In this document: one piece after another, positions 1 to 10,025 of the stretch
Position numbering within the stretch: position 1 is the first letter of the stretch
Layout: each line of letters opens with the position of its first letter
Source of the DNA: a virus
Lineage: Duplodnaviria; Caudoviricetes
IMG/VR virus record: IMGVR_UViG_3300031993_006627
Coordinates: 1 to 64,000 of that record
Length of the DNA stretch: 64,000 nt
Reading direction: 5' to 3' (one strand)
Notes under the pieces: model-generated
The model's database searches: none
Told to the model about the DNA's origin: nothing
The model's input: the letters and a program-made list of their open reading frames with translations, nothing else
Translations under genes and position numbers: made by a program

Positions 1-3000
1 ATGCAAATTCTCGGTAAGACCCAGGTCATGCTTCGAAATGATGATATCAAGAAGAGGTGGTGGTCTGGAGAAGTGGAGGTGCGCCTATGGGAAACCGGAG
101 ATCCGTTTCCGACGTTGGGCAGTTCGGTAGGCATCGACACAGAGACGGAGCTTATCACGGACACAGTGAAGGATCCGCCGCTGGTTGTCTACGGCTGCTT
201 CGACCCGGCAAGTTCGATTTGCTGGATTGCTTATTGGGATGAGGCGCTGCCGTTGATGCAGTATGTCAGTACGACAAGCACGCGGCAGTATTACTTCAAC
301 GTCGGCTTCGATGAGATGGTCATCGACAACGAGGACCCGGACGAGACCCTGATGGGAGCCGTGGATGCCGGTCGTGTGAGAGACATGCAGATCCGGTACC
401 ATTTGTGGTTGCTGGCGACGGCCGGTGATATTCCTAAGACCGGCCACGGTAAGCTGTATGAAGTGGCGAAGAGGATGCTGGATGTCGAGCTTGATAAAGG
501 CGCGGCAGATGATCCGGAATCTCATCGCCTGACATTCCGTCGATACAACGAAGACGGTACGATCTACAGGATGACTGAAAAGCAGGCGATCTACCTTGCA
601 TGGGACTGTATCTCTACCTGGGGTCTTTCCCAGGCGGTGCCTGAGCAGCCGACGGAGGTCCAGCACACTAAGGGTATGATCGTGCTCGCTCATATCGCGA
701 GAAACGGTCTGCAAATCGATCCGATGGTATTTGACCATGTAGAACGCCAGCTGGTAGAGCACATGGAAGAAGCACGGGAACGCCTGATGTCATTCGGGTT
801 CCCGGATCCTGAGAAGCGGAATGACAGTACCGAACCGCAGGAAACGCTGTTCAAGACGTCAGTACAGCAGTTCTGCGAGGTGACTGGTCAGGACTTCAAC
901 ATGGAATACCTGACATGCTCGAAGGACCGTATGAGATTCCTGCTGACGTTTGTCTACAACTACAGAAGCAGTACGGAAGCGAGCGATCTGGAGACACTCG
1001 CGCAGCTCGTCCCGTATGTCCTGAGTGCAAAGACACCGGATAAGGATCTGTCACTGACCAAGAAGATCAAGGAGATGTGGAATGTTGTGCTGGAGGAGTA
1101 CGAACTTCTGGCCTTTGATTCTAACAAACGCAAGATCGTTCCAGTGGCATATCTCGGTGCGTTCATCGAAGACCTGGTGCGACAGTGGAGGCTGCCTGAA
1201 TTTTCCACCTCAGGTGTAAATTTCGAGGAGGCCATAGATGCCGCTGGTCGGTACATGGATGACCATCCGTGGCTGATGGAGAACAAGTCCGATAAGATCG
1301 GCCCGAAAAAGTTCTTCCAGAACCATGTGGCCGGGATCATGAAGCAGTACCCGCAGCTGGAGCTGCCGCTCACGAAGAAGGCCAAGCAGGTGAAGCTCGC
1401 CAAGGATGATATGTGGCGGTTGAAAGACCTCGGAATCGAGGATGATTTCCTGACTGCATATACCGAGTACGGTCATCTGAGGAAGTACAAAAGCACCTAC
1501 ATCAACCGGGAGTACACGGCCAGTGATGGGAGGGTGCATCCGTTCCTAAAAAATGTCGTTCGTACAGGCCGGACGGCGGCAAGCGCACCGAACGTTTAAC
1601 TTAAACATAGTTTTGGACGTTCTAAAACCCGTTGAATTGCTGGAAAACCTCCGAGAGGCCAATCAGCAGCCAAGCATAAGTCAGTCTCAATTTGAGTTTG
1701 ACTTTTGAAGGTTCAGAGACTATCGAAAGGCACTACGGTGAACCGAGTAGAGTAGGCATCAAGCGATGCCGAAGCGGCGGGACGCGAAAGCGTAAGATAT
1801 AGTCCGATACCGGTAGTAATACCGGAGTTGCGTAGCGAACAACAGAACAAAAGCAAAACTATCCGAGTAGGGACAAGATATGGCCATTAAAAAACATATT
1901 TGCCCCCTACCCAGGAACTATTCTTTGTGCCACAGACTTCTCATTTGTTGAGTGGTAAATCGCATAGCTCAACTAAAAGAAAGTGAATTGCTGGAATCCC
2001 GACCGGATAATGCCGAGGGCAATCAGCAGCCAATCAAGGGACAGCCTAAACCGAAAGGCATGGCACCCGGAAAAGGTTCATCGACTATCCCGCAAGGGAG
2101 TAGGCAGTAGCGTGCCGAAGTGCTCCTGGGAGGGAAACCGACCAGATGATATAGTCAGACCCCGTAGAAATGCGGTACGACGCTACAGCAGTGAGGATGA
2201 GTATGCGGATTTGCCCAAACCTGCTACACTCGCTTCGGAAAATCAACCATGAGAGACATTATCAACGCTGGAATTGACCCACACAGATGGTTCGCTGGAG
2301 TGATGAAGAAACTCATCACAACGGACTTGAGGGAGAAGGACAATCCAGAATGGGTAGCAGAACTCAACAAATTCTTAAAGGAGAACGTACCGGATTCTGT
2401 CAGACAGTTGGCCAAAGCAGCAAATTTCGGTGCCGAAGTTAGATTACTTGATTGACTGACGTATGTGCTATAGTAGATTGGACAACAAGGAGGTCTCTAT
2501 GGCGAAATACGAAGAAATTGAAAAATGTCTTAACTGCGGAGAGGAATTCAAAAAGCACACAAGGAGACACATGTTCTGTTCGAGTCGGTGCAAGGAGGCA
2601 CATAGGCTCAAGCAGCTTGAATGGCATGATGGCGTCTGTAAGGGCTGTGGTGCTCCTATCAGGTATAAGCTGAAGCATGGTAAACCTACAAGGGAATACT
2701 GTTCAGCGCCCTGTCAGGTTAAACACACAGTACCTACAAAAATGCTGACATGTGTTGATTGTGGTAGAGAATTTGAATTCCGAGGACGTACCAAGAAGCT
2801 CAGATGTGATGAATGCTGGCATAAGCACAGATCGGAAAATGCTATGGCGAATAGAGCTCTTAGAGACCCATCTGTTCAGGTTGGTATTGGTTCTGGCGGC
2901 GGTCAGAATCTGGATACAGCCATACCGGATGAGATCAGGGCTTCTGCTAATGCAGCAAGACGTGCAAAATATGCAGCGCACAGAGAGGCATTTAGGATGA

Positions 3001-4168
3001 TAGCCAAATCTCGTTACAGGGAGAAGAAACTGGCTGAGAGTTCCGAATGTGCTATCTGTGGGTATCATGCACATGTTGAATGTTTGGTGGTGCATCATAT
3101 CAATATGGACCGAACTGACAATAGAGGCGAGAATCTTGTTGTTCTTTGTGCAAATTGCCATATGTGGCTACACAAGGAAATCAAGTGCCGTCAGAAGGTT
3201 GAACAGATAACCGCAGAATCAGTTTACAATCAAGTAAGGGAAGCCGAAGTAAAAGAGCGGAATAAAGCTGGAACACCCGACAGGGCAATCAGAACCGAAG
3301 GCTTGAAGGAATTCAAGTCAGGGGCAACGCATAGCAGTACGTCCAGACCGGATATGAACTGCCACGAGGCCGCTCCATTAGCCGAAGACTTAGTCTTTGA
3401 CTTTTGAAAAGATATGCTGAACGTGCGCGTATAGACAGAAAGGCGCAGAAGTGACGGATAAAAAACCGACACGATAACAAAATGTTCCCAGGTGCTCTTG
3501 GCGCAAAACGCTTTTATCTCAATAGCAGAGCCCAGGGTCTTGAAATGACTATGGATGACGCTTATGAGATGAGGGAAGAATGGATCAGAGCATTCCCGGA
3601 AATGCGTAAGCATATGAATCCAGAAAAAGCGAGAGATACAGGTGTGCTAAATAGAAACCTTTTCGGTTTTCATGGCAACTGGCATCCTATTGCAGAGGAC
3701 GAGGAAGAGGACTATGATGAGGAAGAGTATGAAGAAATTGCAAATGGCAGAGATGATTCTTTTGCCTATTGTGCAGTTCTTCCATGCGGCCAAGTCAGAA
3801 ACTGTTGTAGTTACAATGCTGCATGCAATTTCCAATTCCAAGGAACAGTTGCAGTAGGAGCCAAGGCAGCAGGTTGGAATTTAGTCAAAGCCGGTTATGG
3901 TGAAAGACTTTACAACTTCGTACACGACGAGTACCTCTACTGCCTCTACCCGGATGAGCTCAAAATCCATGTTCCGATCATTGAGAAACTCATGATTCAG
4001 GGCATGAAAACCGTTATCCCGGATGTTAATGTAAAGGTAGAAACTACCTGCATGTTGCACTGGGATAAGAAGGCAACAGAATTTGTCAATTTACAATGGA
4101 CACCAGATGGCGCTCCTATCATAGACGAGCCGCCATACGTACAAAAAATACTAACACACAAGGAGTAA
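1..4168 (+). CDS. polA: Family A DNA polymerase, spliced: join(1..1596,1854..1953,2202..2431,3485..4168), 869 aa if position 1 is the start
   Basis: Exon 1 has ExoI GIDTETE, ExoII FNVGFD, ExoIII YLAWD and RTGRTAASAPNV. Splicing restores PNV|QNYP, motif A TDFSFVE|L and motif B RQLAKAANFG|FPG. Motif C VHDE is in exon 4. Exons sum to 2610 nt, in frame. Confidence 0.93.
1597..1853 (+). ncRNA. Group I intron 1 (ORF-less) in polA
   Basis: P1 GAACGTT/GACGTTC with U.G at 1596. P AATTGCTGGAAA 1635, Q AATCAGCAGC 1661, R GTTCAGAGACTA 1711, S AAGATATAGTCC 1794. Terminal G 1853. P10 TAGTTTTG pairs with exon CAAAACTA. Confidence 0.93.
1954..2201 (+). ncRNA. Group I intron 2 (ORF-less) in polA motif A
   Basis: P1 GTTGAGT/GCTCAAC with U.G at 1953. 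P 1986, Q 2021, R GTTCATCGACTA 2076, S GATATAGTCA 2148. Terminal G 2201. P10 CGCATA pairs with exon TATGCG. Confidence 0.92.
2466..2474 (+). promoter_or_regulatory. Possible extended -10 promoter for the intron HNH gene
   Basis: TGcTATAGT just upstream of the RBS. Confidence 0.4.
2499..3407 (+). CDS. Intron-encoded HNH homing endonuclease with N-terminal zinc fingers
   Basis: CAICG..LVVHHINMDRTDNRGENLVVLCANCH and several CxxC..CSxxC motifs. RBS AAGGAGG 2487-2493 precedes ATG 2499. Confidence 0.88.
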   Translation: MAKYEEIEKCLNCGEEFKKHTRRHMFCSSRCKEAHRLKQLEWHDGVCKGCGAPIRYKLKHGKPTREYCSAPCQVKHTVPTKMLTCVDCGREFEFRGRTKKLRCDECWHKHRSENAMANRALRDPSVQVGIGSGGGQNLDTAIPDEIRASANAARRAKYAAHREAFRMIAKSRYREKKLAESSECAICGYHAHVECLVVHHINMDRTDNRGENLVVLCANCHMWLHKEIKCRQKVEQITAESVYNQVREAEVKERNKAGTPDRAIRTEGLKEFKSGATHSSTSRPDMNCHEAAPLAEDLVFDF

Positions 4169-4172
4169 CGCA

Positions 4173-5582
4173 ATGTACGACGCATCGCGTAGACGGACCC
4201 AGAGCGGGTCGAGCAAAAAGAGAATCACCTATGTCAAACCTGAGTTTCAGCAGAAGGGAGTCACGTTTCCCGGCTTCGAGACCTGGCAGCAGTATGGGTA
4301 TCTCACCAGTGCTCTCTGGAACAGCAGAGATCACATCATTAGAATCATTCCGGGATATGACCCGGAGACGAAAGAGATCTTCCGTCAGAATGTCAATGTG
4401 AATGATTTCTCCGAGGATGAGGCGCCCACCGCCTATCTGTCGGATACGTTCATGATGGCGGATACCGTGCAGGGCTTCGGTGAAGGCCGCAACGCCTTCA
4501 TCACCAGTTATGCTCCGGATTCTCCGGAAGAACAGAAGTACGGCGGTGACACCATGATCGCCATTTTCAGTCGCAATGTCTTCTGGACCGTGAAGCCGAC
4601 CAAGAACCGCAAGCCCCGTTTCGGCTGTATCCCAGTCATGCATCGCTGGACGGCCATGAAGGAAGGCACTCTGCCGATGACCCGCCGCGCCATCCTGGTG
4701 CAGGCACTCATCTACAAGCTGCAGGGTGACTGGCTGAAAGATAAGGACGACAACTATCTGCTGGCAGAGGACGGTTCCTATCTGCCCAAGATCGGTGTCG
4801 TGTCCCTGGACGGCCCGACGACTGTGCAGGCGGTTCTGCGGGCTCTTGTTGAGCCGATGAATCCTGGGCTCCCTCTTGATGCCAAGACGAACAACAAGTA
4901 CGGGGCTTTTGCGGAACTTGAGGGACACAAGCTGTATCTGAATGCAGCCATCTCCCCTGAGCGCAATGTCAAGTACCTCAATCCGTCTGTGCATGAAGCC
5001 AAGGCGAAAGGCTGGGAGTTCGATGAACTCGACTTCTCGCCAGAGGACGTGTACAACTGGTGGAAACCGTGGACGGAGATCATCAACTACATGACGCCGG
5101 CGCAGCAGGCGGAGCTTCTGGCAGCCGAGTTCGGCGCTGATTCCGTGAATTACTTTGTCGGCACCGATCCTGCATACCGTGACTTCGAGATGCCCGAATC
5201 TGTGGCGTCCGCCGGCTACGGCAGATTTGCACAGTTCACGGATGGGGTGAAGGATGTCCGCACGTCGGGTACGGTTACTGTCCCGGCGTCCGGCGGAATG
5301 GTTGCTCCTGGCAAGAACAAAGCGGAGACCACACTGGCGGCTGCTTTCAGACCGGCCAAGAACCCGGTTTCCAAGCCCGCTGAGGGCATCAAAGCACCGG
5401 CCAGGGGTCCTCTTATCCCCAAAGGCTCCGGCGTTGATCAGAGCCCCACCAGCGCGTTTTCTGCGACACTCGGTCAGCTCCGTCGTGCATCCAAGCCGGC
5501 ACCGCAGGAAGAGGAGCCTCAGGAAGACTACGCTTCCGGGCTTGAGAACGACAATTTCGATGACTACGAAGAGGAACAGTGA
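4173..5582 (+). CDS. Hypothetical protein, candidate ssDNA-binding protein
   Basis: RBS AAGGAG. Lies between polA and recA-like genes. Flexible linker and acidic tail (DDYEEEQ). Function inferred only. Confidence 0.6.
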   Translation: MYDASRRRTQSGSSKKRITYVKPEFQQKGVTFPGFETWQQYGYLTSALWNSRDHIIRIIPGYDPETKEIFRQNVNVNDFSEDEAPTAYLSDTFMMADTVQGFGEGRNAFITSYAPDSPEEQKYGGDTMIAIFSRNVFWTVKPTKNRKPRFGCIPVMHRWTAMKEGTLPMTRRAILVQALIYKLQGDWLKDKDDNYLLAEDGSYLPKIGVVSLDGPTTVQAVLRALVEPMNPGLPLDAKTNNKYGAFAELEGHKLYLNAAISPERNVKYLNPSVHEAKAKGWEFDELDFSPEDVYNWWKPWTEIINYMTPAQQAELLAAEFGADSVNYFVGTDPAYRDFEMPESVASAGYGRFAQFTDGVKDVRTSGTVTVPASGGMVAPGKNKAETTLAAAFRPAKNPVSKPAEGIKAPARGPLIPKGSGVDQSPTSAFSATLGQLRRASKPAPQEEEPQEDYASGLENDNFDDYEEEQ

Positions 5583-5590
5583 GGTGACTT

Positions 5591-6913
5591 ATGGCGAATA
5601 GCCTTATGTCCAACATGCTGAAGGCGCTTCGCAATAAGAACACAGGAGGCTTTGTCACGACACCCCAGGAGATGAAGGAGAATCAGTTCGGTTTTCCACT
5701 GAGGCATTACGCCCAGCAGTATCTCTTCGGGGCGACGGGACTGCGCATCCAGGTGTTCAACTCGATTGCGGGTTCTGCAGGCAGCTGTAAAAGTACGACG
5801 CTCTTTGACCTGATTGGTCATACCTGTGCTGATCCGGAGAACGGAGGCATTGGCGGTATCGCATGGTTGTTCGAGCTGGAAGGCAAGATCAGTCCGGTAT
5901 TGCTGTCCTCCATCCTGAACGGCTACGGCGTGGATTTCGGGGAAGACGGCGGCGTTGGTGTTCTTCAGCCGAAGACGCTTGAAGATGCCATTACGATGCT
6001 GAACAAGGATATCATCCCCATGTACAAGGAGATGGCTCCGAACAACGATGTTCCGATGCTGATCGGTTTCGACTCCATTGGTGGTGCTGCATCACGCGAC
6101 ATCTCTGGCAAGATGGAGAAAGAAGGCAATGTCGGCAAGGGGTTCCATGACAAGGCTGTCAACATGAAGCACTTCTGCGAGAACGTCGTGGCTACTATCG
6201 GGGATATCCCGGCGGTGTTCGTGATGATCAATCAGGAGAAGGAATCTCTGAATGCTACGCCGTATGGTCCTCCGCAGAAGCACATCACAGGCGGTACCAG
6301 TCAGGTCTTCAAAGATGGTCACATGATCTCCAACAAGGTAAACAAGCTGGCGTCCGGCGACGGCAACCAGGTTATCATGAAGACGACCAAGACATCCTTC
6401 TGCGATCCCAGGAAGATCGAGGTTTACTTCCGCTGGAACAAATTCGGCACGTCTGAGGATGACTATTACGGTCATCACTTTGACTGGGCGCTGGCGAGTG
6501 CGAATGTGCTTGCCAACCCGGAGAAGGGCGTCGGTGAGCTTCGTGACATCTGCGACGTGAAGGTCTCCGACAAAGGACTTGTCACCAGTGAGAAGCTGGG
6601 GCTTCGGTCTGTACCTGCCGAGGAATTCGAGGCAGCTCTGTTCGATCCATCCAATGCGGCTATCCTGAATGCGCTCTACACATACCAGAAGATCGACCGG
6701 TTGAAAGGCATGGACGAATACCGTGAATACCTGAAGAAGCGCAAGGCGGCAGCCAAGGAAGCAAAGGCAGCCGACAAAGAGATTCCGAAGGTCACGGTTA
6801 CGACCAAGAAGGGTGCCAAGAAGAAAGCCGCGTCAGCGCCCAAGAAGGAGCCGGAAAGTATGAGCTTGGAGGCTGCTGCGGCCGGGGACGACGATGAGGA
6901 GGTGACGCTCTGA
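5591..6913 (+). CDS. RecA/UvsX-like recombinase
   Basis: Walker A-like GSAGSCKST, catalytic ELE, Walker B IGFDSIG, FVMINQEKE, ITGG. Confidence 0.85.
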   Translation: MANSLMSNMLKALRNKNTGGFVTTPQEMKENQFGFPLRHYAQQYLFGATGLRIQVFNSIAGSAGSCKSTTLFDLIGHTCADPENGGIGGIAWLFELEGKISPVLLSSILNGYGVDFGEDGGVGVLQPKTLEDAITMLNKDIIPMYKEMAPNNDVPMLIGFDSIGGAASRDISGKMEKEGNVGKGFHDKAVNMKHFCENVVATIGDIPAVFVMINQEKESLNATPYGPPQKHITGGTSQVFKDGHMISNKVNKLASGDGNQVIMKTTKTSFCDPRKIEVYFRWNKFGTSEDDYYGHHFDWALASANVLANPEKGVGELRDICDVKVSDKGLVTSEKLGLRSVPAEEFEAALFDPSNAAILNALYTYQKIDRLKGMDEYREYLKKRKAAAKEAKAADKEIPKVTVTTKKGAKKKAASAPKKEPESMSLEAAAAGDDDEEVTL

Positions 6914-7431
6914 TGTCTTCCAGAAACGAGATGATCCAGACAACGATAGCAAGGATTAAGCGTAGCTACCAGCAGCAATCCAAGCAGCAGAAGTCGGATG
7001 ATATCATCGAGTTCATCAAAACCAACTGGAAACTGTTCACTGCCCGCCGCAGCGAGATGACTGCGGCGGTGCAGTCCCTCGGTTCTCCGGGTACACCTTA
7101 CAGCGTGGACGGCTTGTGTGACGTTCTCGGCATTCCGCCGAACGTGTACTTCAAGCGTTCACCTGTGAAGGATGTCGGTGCAGCGATCCTGGACTTCCCG
7201 CATAACAAGCTCTACGACATTTTTGAGAAGTGTGCGGAAGCGAACCCTGATGAGCAAGTCTGCCTGTTCGTTGTAGCAGGCCAGAAATCCATCTGTATCA
7301 CTAACATGCCGATCCAGTATCCGCCGGATGATGTCATTTGTTACCTTCCGGCCAGGGACGACATTCACATCTTTAAGGCTACGGAAGCCATGTACAGACT
7401 TCCGCAGCTGTTCGAACATGAGGAACTCTAA
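6913..7431 (+). CDS. Hypothetical protein
   Basis: TGATG overlap with the upstream gene; phage-like codons. Confidence 0.75.
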   Translation: MSSRNEMIQTTIARIKRSYQQQSKQQKSDDIIEFIKTNWKLFTARRSEMTAAVQSLGSPGTPYSVDGLCDVLGIPPNVYFKRSPVKDVGAAILDFPHNKLYDIFEKCAEANPDEQVCLFVVAGQKSICITNMPIQYPPDDVICYLPARDDIHIFKATEAMYRLPQLFEHEEL

Positions 7432-8477
7432 TGAGCAAGAAACAAGAAGAAAATGCCGAAGTGGTGGCCGCCGAGGTCGTCACGGAACCCGAACAGACGG
7501 AAGCTGTCGCTACCGTTGAAGAAGACGAACTGTCCATGGCGACCCAGTTTGGGGACAATGACCCGATGATGGTGTCGAACATTCCTCTTCCCACCGAGGA
7601 CGATACTACCATGAAGAAAGTCGATGATGCCCTCAAGGCCAGCTTCGACAACTTCACCTTCGATGAGAACGAGGACATGTCGCTCCAGTTCGACGACATC
7701 GAGTCTCTCGCGGACTATTCGATGCGCAGCATGAAGGACATCCGTGAGAAGGAGCTCAAGAAGGATGCGCAGAATCGCACCAAGAACGCGGCCATTCTGG
7801 TTCGCCTTTGGTGTCTGTGCAAGACATGGAGCGACGCAGCGGCCAAGTCCAAGAAGTACGGCGCCGGCGCTGTGCAGAAGCTGGCCGCGAAGCTCGGATA
7901 TTCCCAGAGCTACATGTACAGCCTGATCGCGGTTGGCAAGAATCTGACCAAGATGGATGCCTATCTGCTCGGTGTCCGTGAAGTCGGCAGCAAGACGCTG
8001 CGCGATGTCGCGGCCATCAAGGATGACACTGTGCGCAAGACTGCGATCCGCGAGTTCTGCGACGTGTATCGTGATTCGGCCAACTTCAAGGAACGCGACG
8101 AAGCCAAGCGCAAACTGGTGCTCGCCACCGGTATCGGCTCCAAGAAGGATGCCTTCGAGGGAGATCTCACAGCCAACCCCGGAGCTCCGGACAATGGAAC
8201 TACGCCGGAATACGACAACGTGATGTCTGCGATGGCGGCCGTTACAAAGATGGTGGACAAGCTGTCCAGGGAAGACTCGACCAACAATTTCCAGCAGTAT
8301 GCTTCCAACTACTTCATGATGAGGGATACCCCCGGCTCCGAGTTCATGCACGGGAACGTCATTGAACGTGCCAAGGCACTTCGTGATGCCTGCATCAGCG
8401 CCCAGGCGAATATCGACATCATTGTCCAGGAACTTGACAGCGTGATCGTTTCCCAGATTCTGGACAACGAGAAATGA
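7431..8477 (+). CDS. Hypothetical protein with HTH-like segment
   Basis: YGAGAVQKLAAKLGYSQSYMY resembles an HTH; strong codon bias. Confidence 0.7.
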   Translation: MSKKQEENAEVVAAEVVTEPEQTEAVATVEEDELSMATQFGDNDPMMVSNIPLPTEDDTTMKKVDDALKASFDNFTFDENEDMSLQFDDIESLADYSMRSMKDIREKELKKDAQNRTKNAAILVRLWCLCKTWSDAAAKSKKYGAGAVQKLAAKLGYSQSYMYSLIAVGKNLTKMDAYLLGVREVGSKTLRDVAAIKDDTVRKTAIREFCDVYRDSANFKERDEAKRKLVLATGIGSKKDAFEGDLTANPGAPDNGTTPEYDNVMSAMAAVTKMVDKLSREDSTNNFQQYASNYFMMRDTPGSEFMHGNVIERAKALRDACISAQANIDIIVQELDSVIVSQILDNEK

Positions 8478-9226
8478 AGAAGGAACCGTCGAGGAACCGG
8501 ATCAACAAGGCTCTGGCGGAAGTACAAGGGCAGCTGTCGAAGTTCGTCGGTCATTATTTTGATGAGACGAAACTTCGGCAGTTTGCCGTAGTGCTCGTGC
8601 GGGCGATGCACAAGAGCAACGCACCGTTCAAGCAGAGAGCAAACGAGGCGCTTTATGCGACCTGTAAGCATCTACTTGGGCAGGCCCCGAGCCGGGCAGT
8701 TGTCAAAGGCAACATGCTTCGTATCATCGCCAACTGGCACTTCATCGAAAACGGTATGGAGATCCCTGTGTGGGATGGCTCTTCGTGCACATCTGATGCA
8801 GTATTCCTGGGAGTACGGCGTATCAATGTACCGGAGGGCGTGATGCCGAAGATGATCGTCAGAGTCAAGTTGAAGAGCGGATTGTGCGCCGGCGTAATCC
8901 GGTCGGTCGAACTGTCTGCCAACCGTATCGGACAGTTCCTCGACCGCGTGGCCGGCGTGAACCATTATCACTGTGCCTTGGAAGAAATTGCAGGTATGGA
9001 AGCGAAGCTGATGGTCGATTACAGCGGCAATCAGCTGAACATCTACGACTGGTCCTGTACAGAGGCGCAGAAGCACGTCAACCGTGAAATAACGGCGGCA
9101 CGAACTGATGCCGCAAAGTGTCCGAATGCGCAGCCATGCAACGTTTGCAAGAAAGACATCAAGCAGTGCCCACTTGCTGTATGGCTCCCCAAACCATGTA
9201 AAGAAACAGAGAAAAACAATGACTGA
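8474..9226 (+). CDS. Hypothetical protein with C-terminal Cys cluster
   Basis: ATGA overlap; C-terminal CPNAQPCNVC..CP. Confidence 0.75.
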   Translation: MKKEPSRNRINKALAEVQGQLSKFVGHYFDETKLRQFAVVLVRAMHKSNAPFKQRANEALYATCKHLLGQAPSRAVVKGNMLRIIANWHFIENGMEIPVWDGSSCTSDAVFLGVRRINVPEGVMPKMIVRVKLKSGLCAGVIRSVELSANRIGQFLDRVAGVNHYHCALEEIAGMEAKLMVDYSGNQLNIYDWSCTEAQKHVNREITAARTDAAKCPNAQPCNVCKKDIKQCPLAVWLPKPCKETEKNND

Positions 9227-10025
9227 ACAAGAACAACCGAAAGAACCAAGGACGAAGCTCCACATCTTCCGGGTCAGAACCCGTGGAGAAGCGGATTTCT
9301 TCGATCCCCAGACTGACATCAGGAAGCTCCTGCCGTATATCGGTCTCATGGTGATCGACGACATGAAGGTCGCCTACAAGGATGACCCGATGGCGCAGTA
9401 CAGCATCAGCTATCTGTGGAACTGTCTGAATGTGTTCCGTATCCGCATTAGTGAGGATCCGACACCGCTGGCGGAGCAGATGCTGAAGTTCGTGGAAGCG
9501 ATCAACCAGGTGCCGCAGGATATTCTGAGCCGGTTCACCACCAGCGTTTTCGTGATGCTGACCACGATCTATGCACTTTATCAGCGCCGCGATATTCAGA
9601 TCGACGGTCCTTCCCAGGCACAGATGCTGGCAACAGCACGTCTGGCGGATTTCATGTCCATACTTCCTCAGGAATGTGCGGAAAAGCTCCACAAGTGTGT
9701 GAAGGCGAACCCGGCGTTCCAGGAGAAATTCGTGTCCGTCGATCAGACAAGCAACGCGGAAGTCGCCAAGGATGGCAAGGTCGTGGATGTGTTTACCAAT
9801 CTTAAGGAACGTGCCAGACTGTTCTTGGCCGCTGATGGCGACCAAAGCTGGGAAGCATTGGCTGAAGCATGTGACCAATGTTTCCAGACGCTTCCTGAAG
9901 ATGCGCCGGTGCAGACGAAGGCTGCGCTGTGTCTTGCATATCCTGATTACAGATTCCCAACCCAGTGTGAATTCGATGAAACCGATCAGAGTGACACTAC
10001 ACGAGAAGCTACGCCACCTGCATGA
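9219..10025 (+). CDS. Hypothetical protein
   Basis: Coupled ORF with phage-like codons. Confidence 0.75.
   Translation: MTEQEQPKEPRTKLHIFRVRTRGEADFFDPQTDIRKLLPYIGLMVIDDMKVAYKDDPMAQYSISYLWNCLNVFRIRISEDPTPLAEQMLKFVEAINQVPQDILSRFTTSVFVMLTTIYALYQRRDIQIDGPSQAQMLATARLADFMSILPQECAEKLHKCVKANPAFQEKFVSVDQTSNAEVAKDGKVVDVFTNLKERARLFLAADGDQSWEALAEACDQCFQTLPEDAPVQTKAALCLAYPDYRFPTQCEFDETDQSDTTREATPPA

Larger units (their letters stand above)
2432..3484 (+). mobile_element. Group I intron 3 in polA motif B, carrying an HNH homing endonuclease ORF
   Basis: IGS GGGAA-GCCGAAGT (3238-3250) pairs with the 5' exon ATTTCGGT and the 3' exon TTCCC. Variant P7 GCATA (3329)/TATGC (3413). Terminal G 3484. Confidence 0.88.

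Noticed and set aside
1597-1599. Stop-codon readthrough/recoding or a polA pseudogene
   Set aside because: The TAA is the first triplet of a group I intron; splicing restores the frame and other genes use the standard code.
1983-2252. 89-aa ORF
   Set aside because: It overlays the catalytic core of intron 2 and has no protein-like features.
3482-3484. ATG as the start of a separate polymerase C-terminal gene
   Set aside because: Its G is the terminal G of intron 3 and there is no RBS.
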